From the NCBI GenBank assembly GCA_903847335.1, contig CAINDI010000113.1, forward strand, positions 1 through 52,571: a stretch of 52,571 bases of DNA, written 5' to 3'. Positions 9,383 to 18,864 of the stretch are shown piece by piece; position 1 is the first letter of the stretch, and each line of letters starts with the position of its first letter. The DNA comes from an uncultured Verrucomicrobiota bacterium. GTDB lineage: Bacteria > Verrucomicrobiota > Verrucomicrobiia > Palsa-1439. The notes beneath the pieces were generated by a model. It did no database searches. It saw nothing but the letters and a program-made list of their open reading frames with translations, and was not told the DNA's origin. Made by a program: the position numbers and the translations under genes.

Positions 9383-10174
9383 GTGCTAATTCCCGTCGTG
9401 CTGTCTTGGTTCCGAAAGTCGCCCTCCACGGATGCGGCAGAAGTTAAATCGTTCACTGATCATCTCGATGATTTGCGAGCGATGCTTTTCAAAACGCTCG
9501 CCGCGTTGTTCATCGGTTTCAACATCTGCTTGGTCTATGCCAACCGGTTGCTGCGACTGATTGAGCAGCCGTTGTATCAATCCGTCGCCCAGCCGGAACG
9601 ATTTCTTCAAAGTCTCAACGTCACCGATTCATTTGTGCTCGCCATGAAAATGGCATTTTACGGCGGCCTTGTTTTGACCATGCCGATATTATTGTATTTT
9701 ATCGCGCAGTTTGTTCTACCGGCACTAAAGCCGCGTGAGAAAAAACTGCTCTTACCGGTTTGTTTCTTTGGGGCGCTGCTATTTCTCGCGGGTGTGGCGT
9801 TGTGTTTTTTTTGGGTCGTACCGCAAACACTCAAAGCGTTCATCAAATACAGCGAATGGATGCATATCGAACCACACTGGACAGTCGGTAGCTATGTCGA
9901 ATTCGTCACGCAATTTATGCTGGCGATGGGCTTGACGTTTGAAGTGCCGCTTGTGTTGTTGGTACTTGTTCAGCTCGGGATCGTCAAGGCGGCGACAATC
10001 CGGAAAGGTCGGAAGGTGTTTATCGCTGTCGCCGTTGTAATTTCGGCCATCGTCGCGCCGCCGGATCCATTGTCAATGGTGCTAATGTCGCTCCCGTTGA
10101 TTGCGCTCTTTGAAGTGACAATCTGGGTCGCGTGGTTAATGGATCGGAAGAAACAACCGCAGCTCACACCGTAG
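9383..10174 (+). CDS. tatC: Twin-arginine translocase TatC
   Basis: HLDDLR, FVLPALKPREKK, GLTFEVP, PPDPLS, LFE; six TM segments; follows tatA. Confidence 0.93.
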   Translation: MLIPVVLSWFRKSPSTDAAEVKSFTDHLDDLRAMLFKTLAALFIGFNICLVYANRLLRLIEQPLYQSVAQPERFLQSLNVTDSFVLAMKMAFYGGLVLTMPILLYFIAQFVLPALKPREKKLLLPVCFFGALLFLAGVALCFFWVVPQTLKAFIKYSEWMHIEPHWTVGSYVEFVTQFMLAMGLTFEVPLVLLVLVQLGIVKAATIRKGRKVFIAVAVVISAIVAPPDPLSMVLMSLPLIALFEVTIWVAWLMDRKKQPQLTP

Positions 10175-10176
10175 TA

Positions 10177-10506
10177 TTAGATTTTCGACTCCGCCGGTGC
10201 ATCTGGTTTCGCGGGTTCTACCGGCGCATTGGATTCTTCGACGAACATCAGTCGCAAATCCGTCAGCGTCGCTTTTAAGATTTTTGTTTCGTCCGGTGTG
10301 AGGTTACCGGTGGTTTTGCGCTCCACCATTTCGAGGAGGTCGATAAAGAGCCGGGCCGCGTCGAGATTTTTCTCGGCTTTATTTGTGGCGGGATTGGCGA
10401 GCTTGCCGAGCGCCATCAGCGCTTGCGTGCCGAACAAGCTGACTAAATCCAGAAACCGACGGGTGTCTTCGCGCGAACCAATTGTATCTTTTTGAACTTC
10501 AGCCAT
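10177..10506 (-). CDS. DUF1844-like conserved protein
   Basis: QALMALGKLANP...NLDAARLFIDLLEMVERKTTGNLTPDE...L pattern. Confidence 0.8.
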   Translation of the reverse strand: MAEVQKDTIGSREDTRRFLDLVSLFGTQALMALGKLANPATNKAEKNLDAARLFIDLLEMVERKTTGNLTPDETKILKATLTDLRLMFVEESNAPVEPAKPDAPAESKI

Positions 10507-10507
10507 T

Positions 10508-13096
10508 TTAATTTTCCTTGGTTATCGGATGAACGATGGCGACGGCGTTGGGCTTGTCGCTGAAATACCGGTCGACAACTCGTTGGATGTCCGCCGGTGT
10601 CACGGCTCGGTATTTTTCATCCGCTGTCGCAAAGTTTTTATAGCCAAGTCCGTATAATTCGTCCAGCCCCACCGTCATCGCCAGTCCGCCATTGTCTTGC
10701 AGCGCCACTTTGCGTTGGCCGATGATGCCGGCTTTGGCGCGGTCGAGTTCGTCGGCGGTGAGACCGGTTGTTTTTAGTTTCGTCAGCTCGGCGAAGATTT
10801 CTTTCTCACACAACTCGACTTTCGGCGTAGTTGTGCCGACGTAGAACGCAAAGAATCCTGGTTCGACACCGGCAAGTTGGAGCGCGCCGCAGTAGTAGCA
10901 CAAGCTCAACTCATCGCGCAGTCGGGTAAATAGCCGGGAACCTAAACCCGAATACGATTCACTCAACAAATCGAGTGCATACCGGTCCGAGTTGAAAACA
11001 TCCACGGTGCTAAATCCAATCAGCAGTACGGCTTGTTCTTTCGGTTTCTCGATTTGTTTGCGGACTGACGCGGTCAGTTTTTCTGCGCCGCCGGTTTCGA
11101 AGGTTGGCTTGCCGGGGCGCAACGCGCCAAATTTGGCTTCGATTTTTTTTCGAATTTCAGACGCGGTGACGTTGCCGAAGACGGTAACGACCATATTATC
11201 CGGCACAATATACCGGTGTTGGAAATCGGCGAGGTCGGCCCGCGTGAGCTTGGCGACGGTGGCCGGTGTGCCGAGTGTGTTCAACCGGTACGGGTGCCAG
11301 GAATAAATTGTTTCGCGGAGCAATTGCCGGCAGGAACTCATGACTTGATCTTGCTCGGATTTGATTTCGGCAAGTTGCACAGCGCGTTCACGCGCCAGTT
11401 TGTCGTCTGGGAAAGTTGGATTTTCCACCACGTCGGCCAAAATATCCAACACGAGATCGAGGTCATCGCTCAGGGCGTGAGCGGTAACGCCGAAGCTATT
11501 GTTACCGGAGAAAGCATTGATGGCACCGCCGACATTTTCAATGCTCTCAGCGATTTGATCGCCGGTGCGGATTTTAGTGCCTTTTAAAAGCATTCGCGAC
11601 ATGAGTTTGGTGATGCCGTTGTTACCGGCGGTTTCGGCAAGGATGCCGCCTTTGCAGAAGACACCGAGATCAACAAACGGTAGTTTGCGGTCTTCCCGAA
11701 CGAGCAGGCGCAGACCGTTCGGTAGCTCGAACTTTTGGATTTCAATGCCGGTTTGCTTACCGGTGGTGGCTTCCGGTTTGACATTCGTGCCGGTGGGGTC
11801 GAGCGAGGTGATGGTCAAGTTTTCGTCGGTCAGATATTTTTTGGCGACACGTTGGACATCCGCCGGTGTGACTTGACGGAGCGCGGTGAGATACGCTTCG
11901 GAATAATTCGGATCGCCGACGAGCAATTCGTTGGAGCCGATGTCAGCGGCTTGGCCGGCCATGGTTTTGAGGCGTTCGTAATGGCCGCTCAGAGAAAGTT
12001 TGATTGCTTTCCGGCATTCGTCAGCGGTGATTGGTTGGGTTTGGAATTTTCGAATTTCGGCGCGAATCGCGGCGGTAGCGGCCTCGCGTTTGTCGGGATC
12101 GGTTATGGCTCCAACGCCGAAAAGACCAGGGCAACCGGGTGTGTAGTTGCCGGCACCGATGGAATGGACGAGTCCTTGATTTTGTTGGATTTCGCGATAG
12201 AGACGCGAGCTGCGACCTTGACCGGCAATGATGGAAAGCACATCCAACGCCGGGACGTCGGGATCGGTTGCGGCCGGGACGTGCCAAGCGAGATCAAGAT
12301 GGGTGAGTTGCACCGGCGCATCTTCGTGACGTTCGCGGAGGCTGACTTGCGGCGGTTCGACCGGAATGGTGGCCGGTTCGATGGCGTTCATTTTGAAGTC
12401 TTGGGTTAGTTCGCGGAGGTGCGCTGCGACGGTGGTGGCGTTCACGTCGCCGACGATGACGAAGATGAGGTTGTTGGGAACGTAATATTTTTTGTAGTAG
12501 CTGACGACTTCGTCGCGGGTGATGCGGTTGTAAATATCTGGGTAGCCGATGACAGGGTGCCGGTAGGGATGCGCGATGAAAGCGGTGTTCCATTGCAACC
12601 GGTCGGCGCGGCGGCCGGGATCGTCCACGCCCATCGCCATTTCGCGGAGGATGACTTGTTTTTCTTTGAGAAGCTCGTCCGCTGGGATGGTGGCGTTCAT
12701 CATGCAATCGGCTAGAATATCGACGGCGGTCTGCCAATTTTCCGCCGGTAGGTCGATGTGATAAACTGTTTGCTCGAAAGAAGTGTAAGCGTTCATGTCG
12801 CCGCCGGCGCGTTGGACGGCGTGCGGAATGTCGCCCACGGCGCGGGTGGTGGTGCCTTTAAAAAGCATGTGTTCGAGGACGTGGGAGATGCCGGCCCCCG
12901 TGTATTTTCCCTCGGTAATGCTACCGGCGCGACACCAAGCTTGGGCGCTGACAACGGGCGCGCTGTGGTCTTCGCGGATGAGAATGGTCAGGCCATTATC
13001 GAGGATGGTTTTATGGATTGGTTCAGTGGCCATGGTGATGGTTCCAAATAATGTCGCGGCGCCAACGAGCGCTCGCACGGCGGTAAAGGTTCGCAT
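10508..13096 (-). CDS. M16 (pitrilysin-family) zinc peptidase, tandem two-unit fusion
   Basis: HVLEHMLFKGT (HxxEH), NAYTS. The second unit (LPNGLRLL...) has a degenerate metal site (KLMSR), typical of fused M16B heterodimers. Confidence 0.92.
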   Translation of the reverse strand: MRTFTAVRALVGAATLFGTITMATEPIHKTILDNGLTILIREDHSAPVVSAQAWCRAGSITEGKYTGAGISHVLEHMLFKGTTTRAVGDIPHAVQRAGGDMNAYTSFEQTVYHIDLPAENWQTAVDILADCMMNATIPADELLKEKQVILREMAMGVDDPGRRADRLQWNTAFIAHPYRHPVIGYPDIYNRITRDEVVSYYKKYYVPNNLIFVIVGDVNATTVAAHLRELTQDFKMNAIEPATIPVEPPQVSLRERHEDAPVQLTHLDLAWHVPAATDPDVPALDVLSIIAGQGRSSRLYREIQQNQGLVHSIGAGNYTPGCPGLFGVGAITDPDKREAATAAIRAEIRKFQTQPITADECRKAIKLSLSGHYERLKTMAGQAADIGSNELLVGDPNYSEAYLTALRQVTPADVQRVAKKYLTDENLTITSLDPTGTNVKPEATTGKQTGIEIQKFELPNGLRLLVREDRKLPFVDLGVFCKGGILAETAGNNGITKLMSRMLLKGTKIRTGDQIAESIENVGGAINAFSGNNSFGVTAHALSDDLDLVLDILADVVENPTFPDDKLARERAVQLAEIKSEQDQVMSSCRQLLRETIYSWHPYRLNTLGTPATVAKLTRADLADFQHRYIVPDNMVVTVFGNVTASEIRKKIEAKFGALRPGKPTFETGGAEKLTASVRKQIEKPKEQAVLLIGFSTVDVFNSDRYALDLLSESYSGLGSRLFTRLRDELSLCYYCGALQLAGVEPGFFAFYVGTTTPKVELCEKEIFAELTKLKTTGLTADELDRAKAGIIGQRKVALQDNGGLAMTVGLDELYGLGYKNFATADEKYRAVTPADIQRVVDRYFSDKPNAVAIVHPITKEN

Positions 13097-13110
13097 GGTG
13101 AGTCTGACAA

Positions 13111-13599
13111 CTAATTTGAGCCGTTGCTCAATTTCTTCGACTTACCGGAGCGGGTTTGTTCCGCGAGCGGTTCGTGCGGTTTGACCGTCCGCGCCGGTGG
13201 TTCGTGCCGGCGTGCGGGCCGGTAGGGGTGAACAAACGCTTCGTCGAAATCAAAACCATTGCGAAAGTCTTCGCGATTGTCTTGGTCAGTTTTTCCGAGG
13301 ATGCCTTTGTCCACCATGTTGAAAACGAGTTCGCCGAAATCTTCGCAGCGGCGAATGCCCCAGTAGTCGAGGACGGTTTTGGCCATTGGGCCGTATTGGT
13401 CGAGTGCGTATTGCCGGAGACCGTTGAGTAATTCTTGGCCGCTGACGTGCCGGTGGACGGGATTGGTTTGTGTGTTCTTCTTCATCAACTTGAGGGTGAA
13501 ATCCAAACCTTCGCGCACGAAGAGATACGCATCCCGGTCATAGCGGGAATCCGCTTGGCGGATTTCATCGACGGCTTCAGCGAAATCTTGTTTGTGCAT
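13111..13599 (-). CDS. Minf_1886-family protein (Planctomycetes/Verrucomicrobia-restricted conserved protein)
   Basis: RYDRDAYLFVREGL, RHVSGQELL, QYGPMAKTVLDYWGI, DFGELVFNMV, DF motifs. Confidence 0.82.
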   Translation of the reverse strand: MHKQDFAEAVDEIRQADSRYDRDAYLFVREGLDFTLKLMKKNTQTNPVHRHVSGQELLNGLRQYALDQYGPMAKTVLDYWGIRRCEDFGELVFNMVDKGILGKTDQDNREDFRNGFDFDEAFVHPYRPARRHEPPARTVKPHEPLAEQTRSGKSKKLSNGSN

Positions 13600-13602
13600 A
13601 TC

Positions 13603-13740
13603 CTAGCGTCCTTTCGGCTCCACTTTCGCATTTAGTGTCGGTGAATGCAACTCCCGCCAACGTTGGACGGCGGTGCCGAGAAGTAATGCGCCGACGAGAA
13701 ACGCCACCACCAGCTGCTCTTGTTTGGTCAAACGGAACAT
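13603..13740 (-). CDS. Small (45 aa) single-pass membrane protein, unannotated
   Basis: MFRLTKQEQLVVAFLVGALLLGTAVQRWRELHSPTLNAKVEPKGR*; one clear TM helix followed by basic residues. TAAACT -10 lies 6 nt before the ATG; the stop is 3 nt before the next ATG (13599). Confidence 0.7.
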   Translation of the reverse strand: MFRLTKQEQLVVAFLVGALLLGTAVQRWRELHSPTLNAKVEPKGR

Positions 13741-13847
13741 TCGCGGAGTTTATTTCCTTCAGTTTGCCGACAATTGCAATGAAAAGTTTTTTGACATTGC
13801 GCCGGGCTGCTGACACACTCGGCACGTGGCGAGCATTTGAATTAAGC

Positions 13848-16301
13848 ATGGATACCAATGACAATCCCGGAATTGCGTCAGACATAACGACGCCCGAGCC
13901 GGTTCCAGCGAAAACCAGACTGTGGCCGGAGGTGGGCGCCGCTGGGCATTGGGCAGTCATCGTCGCTTTGGGCGCGCTGATTTTGTTGACGTTTGCCAAC
14001 ACGTTGCACAATACCGGATTTGCGCTCGACAACAAATTCATCCTGCTCGAAGACCCCCGGCTGCGTGATAACAAACCGGAAAATATTCAGCAGATTTTTC
14101 AGCAGGATTACTGGTGGCCGAAAGCGGTCAGCGGATTGTACCGGCCACTGACGACGCTCTCGTACATGGTGAATTACACCGTGTTTGGTGACAAGGACAC
14201 TGCCACCGGTTACCACGTGGTGAATTTCCTCATTCACTGGGTGAATGCGATTTTAGTTTATCTATTGGTTTTGATATTGATGGAGAAACTTTGGCCGGCG
14301 TTATTTGTCGCCGCGATTTTTGCCACCCATCCGGTGGTAACTGAATCGGTAACGAATATCATCGGCCGTGCCGATTTGTTTGCCACGCTGACGGTATTGC
14401 TCGGATTTGTCGTGTATGCCAAGAGCACCACGGTGAATGAGGAACCCGAAACTAACTGGCTATCGGTCTTCGGATTAAGCGCTGGAATGGCGGCACTGGT
14501 GGGATTCAGTTACCTGCATCGTTTTCATCTCGAATTGCTACCGGTGGTGTTTCAATCGGTTTGGTGGGTCGTGGGTTGTATTGCGGCAATGATGTTTCTC
14601 GTGTTGTTAATCGCTTCGCTGACAGCCGGTGTGCGCTCGATTTTTTGGTTGTTGCTGCTCATGCTCGTCACCATCGTTGGTGTGTTTTGCAAAGAAAGCG
14701 CGGTGGTCGTGCTCGGCGTGATGCTGCTTTATGATTTCACCTACCGATTGCAGAAGTTGCATCCGAATTGGTTCGTCAACCTCGTCCAAAATTTCTGGGG
14801 ATTTTTCTGGAAAGGTTACATCGCGTTGGTGCCGCCGTTTCTGGCTTTGTGGTATGTGCGTTCCTGGGTTTTTGACCAACTTCGTCCGCCGGAGCTACCG
14901 TTTGTGGACAATCCGCTGGTTGGCGTGGATTTCTTGAGCGCCCGGCTGACGGCAATCAAAGTTCTCGGAAAATACCTTTGGCTGTTGGTTTGGCCGCAGA
15001 CCTTGTCCTGCGACTATTCCTATAATCAAATCCCAATCGTCTCAGCCTCTTTTTCTTCTTGGGAAGATCTGAAGACACTCGTGGTGTTAGGCATTCTGGT
15101 GGGTTTAATTGTGCTGGCGATTTACAATTACCGGCGCAACAAAGCCATTTTCTTTTTCATCATGTTCTTTTTCGGCACACTCCTGCCAACAGCGAATCTC
15201 CTCAAAATTATCGGCAGCATTATGGCCGAGCGATTTCTCTATCTGCCATCGCTGGGATTTGCCGGTGTCATCGTGGTGCTAGTCTATGTGACCTGCAGGC
15301 GGTTCATTCCGCGTTTGGATATTTCGGCGTGGTCACAACGAATCTGGCTGCAGGTTGTCGCTCGTGGAGTGCTGGCGTTAGTAGTTTTGGCGTTTGCCGC
15401 GCGCTCGTTCAAACGGAATTACGACTGGGAAGATGATGTGAGTTTATGGACGCAAGCGGTCGATGCATGTCCGAATAGTTTCAAAACTCACAAATCACTC
15501 GCCTACGCTCTTTACGAAAAAGATACGGACTACCGGAACATCGATCGCATTATTGACGAAGGCGAAAAAGCCGCACAAATCACTGACAAAACTCAAATCG
15601 TTTTCCTCCATCTCGGCGCCTATTACCGGATCAAAGGCGATCTCGTCGCCCAACACACCGCCGATGGTTCGCTCATCGCTTCTCCGGCGAGTCTGCCGTG
15701 GTACCAGAAATCCGTCGCCACCCTCGAACGCGCCATTCCGCTCGACCACGAATTCAACGGCGACAACCGGCGTAAAGAACTTCTGCGCGGCCGCAAACCC
15801 GAAGAAATTCCCGACATCGGCAACCACGAAATTTATTGGAATCTTGGGCTTTCGCACATGCGCCTCGGTAATTACGCTGACGCACTGAAAGCTTACCAAG
15901 CGATGGCGCATCTCGCGCCCGCCAATCCGGATTCCTATCAAAGCATCGCCTCCGCCTACATCTCGGCTGGCCGAAATGAAGAAGCCGCCATCACTTTGCT
16001 TCAGGCTTTACTACTCGACGGCAACCGGCAAGAAGCGCTGCGTTACCTCGTCGAAATTTACAAGCAAATCGACCGCGATGGCTGCGCGCTGATTTTTTCT
16101 CCCGGTCATCCTGTCGCCCAACTCAATGCCGACTGTGCACTCGTCAAAACTCACATCTGCCGCGCCTACGCCAATCTGAATCAAACTTTTCTCGACGCCA
16201 AACAGCCGGCGCTCGCCAAGCAAACTCGCGACAACGCGCTCAACACTTACAAATGCGATGCCGCGCTGTTCAATCCGCCGGCCGTCACGGCCACCAAATA
16301 A
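13848..16301 (+). CDS. TMTC-like GT-C fold membrane glycosyltransferase with C-terminal TPRs (DUF1736 type), paralog 1
   Basis: LYRPL, HPVVTESVTNIIGRADL, CKESA, DNPL, LSCDYS, MAERFLYLPS, RNYDW, then TPR helices. Start moved to ATG 13848, downstream of TTGACA at 13791. Confidence 0.8.
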   Translation: MDTNDNPGIASDITTPEPVPAKTRLWPEVGAAGHWAVIVALGALILLTFANTLHNTGFALDNKFILLEDPRLRDNKPENIQQIFQQDYWWPKAVSGLYRPLTTLSYMVNYTVFGDKDTATGYHVVNFLIHWVNAILVYLLVLILMEKLWPALFVAAIFATHPVVTESVTNIIGRADLFATLTVLLGFVVYAKSTTVNEEPETNWLSVFGLSAGMAALVGFSYLHRFHLELLPVVFQSVWWVVGCIAAMMFLVLLIASLTAGVRSIFWLLLLMLVTIVGVFCKESAVVVLGVMLLYDFTYRLQKLHPNWFVNLVQNFWGFFWKGYIALVPPFLALWYVRSWVFDQLRPPELPFVDNPLVGVDFLSARLTAIKVLGKYLWLLVWPQTLSCDYSYNQIPIVSASFSSWEDLKTLVVLGILVGLIVLAIYNYRRNKAIFFFIMFFFGTLLPTANLLKIIGSIMAERFLYLPSLGFAGVIVVLVYVTCRRFIPRLDISAWSQRIWLQVVARGVLALVVLAFAARSFKRNYDWEDDVSLWTQAVDACPNSFKTHKSLAYALYEKDTDYRNIDRIIDEGEKAAQITDKTQIVFLHLGAYYRIKGDLVAQHTADGSLIASPASLPWYQKSVATLERAIPLDHEFNGDNRRKELLRGRKPEEIPDIGNHEIYWNLGLSHMRLGNYADALKAYQAMAHLAPANPDSYQSIASAYISAGRNEEAAITLLQALLLDGNRQEALRYLVEIYKQIDRDGCALIFSPGHPVAQLNADCALVKTHICRAYANLNQTFLDAKQPALAKQTRDNALNTYKCDAALFNPPAVTATK

Positions 16302-16311
16302 ACCGGCGCCG

Positions 16312-16890
16312 ATGCGCTACGAAACTTTCGCTCCGCTCACCGGTTACCCACACGCTTTCACTCTTCGCGATCCCGGTGACGAGACCCGTGCCGCTGATTT
16401 TCCGGTACAAGTCACAAAAGATTTCGGCTATTCCGATTTCGCTGCCGCCGAACAAACTCATGGCAACGGTGTCGCCATCGTCAATCAATCCGGTACCGTT
16501 GCTGGCGTCGACGCGCTCATCACCCGGCAATGCGGTTTACCATTAATTATTCGCTGCGCCGATTGTGCGCCGGTCTTCATCATCGACCGTGCCGCACCGG
16601 TGATTGCGCTCGTCCACTCTGGCAAGAAAGGCACAAACCTCAATGTAGTCGGTGCAACCGTGGCGGCGATGCAACCACGCGCCGGTGTTGCCTTCATCGG
16701 TCCCAGCATCGGTGCGTGTCATTACGAAATGGATTTGTGGACAGAAATCGAAGCGCAACTCCGCGCCGCCGGTATCACAGAAATTCACAACTCGCGCATT
16801 TGCACCGCTTGCCATCTCGACCGGTATTATTCCTATCGCGCCGAACGCGGCCAAACCGGCCGGATGTTTGCGCTCTTGGCGCTAGCTTAG
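16312..16890 (+). CDS. pgeF: YfiH/PgeF family (laccase-domain) protein
   Basis: EQTHG, DALIT, ADCAPV, HSG, IGPSIGACHYE, CTAC...YYSYR...TGRM. Confidence 0.85.
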   Translation: MRYETFAPLTGYPHAFTLRDPGDETRAADFPVQVTKDFGYSDFAAAEQTHGNGVAIVNQSGTVAGVDALITRQCGLPLIIRCADCAPVFIIDRAAPVIALVHSGKKGTNLNVVGATVAAMQPRAGVAFIGPSIGACHYEMDLWTEIEAQLRAAGITEIHNSRICTACHLDRYYSYRAERGQTGRMFALLALA

Positions 16891-17748
16891 TTTCCGGCCG
16901 CGAGCGAAAGCGGCAAAGCTCATCCGCTTGCCACCGGCGGGTTGAACTTCCAGCAAGCACAACGCGCCGGTACCGGTGGTGACGATGTCAGCACCGGTCG
17001 TAGTGGAAGAAACCAACTCAACTTTCCAAATCTTCAGCAAAGTTCCATCGCGGTCGGTGAACGCGCCGGGCCACGGATTGAAGGCGCGGATTTGCCGGTC
17101 GATTTCCACGGCAGATTTTGTCCAATCAATCCGGCCATCTTCTTTGGCGAACTTCCGGGCATGAGTGACTTGCGTTTCATCTTGTTGCCGGTGCGGCCAG
17201 TCGGTGAGCGTCAGCGTTTCCGCAAGCAGTTCTGCGCCAAGCGTGGCAAGCCGGTCGTGTAATGTCGCGCCGGTATCGTCGGGGCGAATCGGCGTCCGAC
17301 GCTGGAGAATGATGTCGCCGTGGTCGAGTTGTTCGTCCATGAACATCGTCGTCACGCCGGTCTCAGCGTCACCGGCGAGAATCGCGGATTGAATCGGCGA
17401 TGCCCCGCGCCAACGCGGTAACAGCGAAGTGTGGACGTTGATGCAACCGCGCACCGGAATTTCTAAAAGTGCTTTCGGTAAGATCTGACCGTAGGCGACG
17501 ACGACGATTAAATCCGGTTGCTGAGCGCGAATCGTTTCGACGGCTTCGCGAATTTTGACCGGCTGCGAAACTGGCAAGCCAAGTTTTTCGGCGGTGACTT
17601 TGACCGGCGGCGGCGAAAGTTGGAGTGACCGGCCTTTGGGTTTATCCGGTTGCGTGATGACGCCAATGATTTCGTGACCGGCTAAGCGATGTGCCGCTTC
17701 CAGACACGGACAGGCGAGCTCCGCAGTGCCGATAAACAGAATGTGCAT
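16882..17748 (-). CDS. fmt: Methionyl-tRNA formyltransferase
   Basis: TQPDKPKGR, VVAYGQILP, NVHTSLLPRWRGASPIQ, GVTTM, IRAFNPWPGA. Start moved to ATG 17748, just after the mqnC stop. Confidence 0.95.
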   Translation of the reverse strand: MHILFIGTAELACPCLEAAHRLAGHEIIGVITQPDKPKGRSLQLSPPPVKVTAEKLGLPVSQPVKIREAVETIRAQQPDLIVVVAYGQILPKALLEIPVRGCINVHTSLLPRWRGASPIQSAILAGDAETGVTTMFMDEQLDHGDIILQRRTPIRPDDTGATLHDRLATLGAELLAETLTLTDWPHRQQDETQVTHARKFAKEDGRIDWTKSAVEIDRQIRAFNPWPGAFTDRDGTLLKIWKVELVSSTTTGADIVTTGTGALCLLEVQPAGGKRMSFAAFARGRKLS

Positions 17749-17749
17749 A

Positions 17750-18823
17750 TTAGGACGGCAAGTCCTGTAGTTGATACCAGTTATTCCGCCGGTGCGGTTC
17801 GTAGCCAACTTCTGAAACCAGCCGGCGGATGGTCGCTTCGTCCGTGCGGAATGTTGTACCGGCGGAGGAGACGACATTTTCTTCCATCATCACGCTGCCG
17901 AAATCGTTCGCGCCGAATTTCAATGCGACTTGGCCGATTTGCGGACCTTGCGTGACCCAACTCGATTGGACATTCGGAAAGTTATCGAGAAAAATTCGCG
18001 CCACCGCCTGCGTCCGCAAATACTCCTGCGCGCCCACCGGTGCGGCACGCAGCCGGGTGTTTTCGCTTTGAAACGTCCAGCCAATGAACGCCGTGAATCC
18101 GTGCGTCCGGTCTTGCAATTGCCGGAGTAAATTCAAATGCTCAATTCGGTCTTCCACCGTCTCGACATGGCCGAACATCATTGTCGCCGACGAATTTAAT
18201 CCTTGCCGGTGCGCCGCTTCCATCACATCGAGCCATTGCTGACCGGTGCATTTCAACGGCGCGATGCGTTTTCGCACCGCATCCACGAGAATCTCCGCGC
18301 CGCCACCGGGAATTGAGCCGAGACCGGCGGCTTTGAATTGCCGGATCACTTCCGCGACCGGTAGCTTAAAGACTTCGGAAAAATGCGTGAACTCCGGTGG
18401 CGAAAAACCGTGGACATTGACTTGCGGGAAGTTTTGCCGGAGATAGCCGAGCAAGTTCAGGTAGTAATCAATGCCGAGTTTTGGATGATGTCCGCCTTGC
18501 AGTAACACTTGCACGCCGCCGATGGATACCAATTCCCGCACCTTCGCGCCGACTTCTTCCGGCGTCAGGATGTAAGCGTCCGGCACGTCGGCTTCTCGCA
18601 TGAACGCGCAAAAGGTGCAGTAAACATTGCAGATGTTCGTGTAATTGATATTGCGATCCACGATGTAGGTCACGCGCTGGTCCGGATGCAACCGCTGCCG
18701 GACCGAATCGGCCAACGCGCCTAATTCCGGCAAACTCAACGCCCGGTAAAGTTCCCGCGCCTCGTCCGTCGTGATACGAACGCCCGCGAGCACCTTATCT
18801 TGGATGGAATTAACCGCCGGCAT
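17750..18823 (-). CDS. mqnC: Cyclic dehypoxanthinyl futalosine synthase (radical SAM)
   Basis: DRNINYTNICNVYCTFCAF, LQGGHHP, SIPGGGAEIL, ATMMFGHVE, SSWVTQG, FGANDFGSVMMEENVV. ATG 18823 fits a leaderless promoter. Confidence 0.9.
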   Translation of the reverse strand: MPAVNSIQDKVLAGVRITTDEARELYRALSLPELGALADSVRQRLHPDQRVTYIVDRNINYTNICNVYCTFCAFMREADVPDAYILTPEEVGAKVRELVSIGGVQVLLQGGHHPKLGIDYYLNLLGYLRQNFPQVNVHGFSPPEFTHFSEVFKLPVAEVIRQFKAAGLGSIPGGGAEILVDAVRKRIAPLKCTGQQWLDVMEAAHRQGLNSSATMMFGHVETVEDRIEHLNLLRQLQDRTHGFTAFIGWTFQSENTRLRAAPVGAQEYLRTQAVARIFLDNFPNVQSSWVTQGPQIGQVALKFGANDFGSVMMEENVVSSAGTTFRTDEATIRRLVSEVGYEPHRRNNWYQLQDLPS

Positions 18824-18864
18824 GTCTCGCATCTTGCCTCAACTTCCCGCCGCGCGCAAGTCGG

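Noticed and set aside
10508-11750. Second M16 unit as a pseudogenised duplicate
   Set aside because: An inactive C-terminal unit is the normal architecture of fused M16B peptidases, and the frame is intact.
13577-14074. 165-aa minus-strand ORF and the 71-aa N-terminal extension of the 888-aa ORF
   Set aside because: Both overlap better-supported features (the 45-aa TM ORF, divergent promoters and the ATG 13848 start) and show no protein-like motifs.
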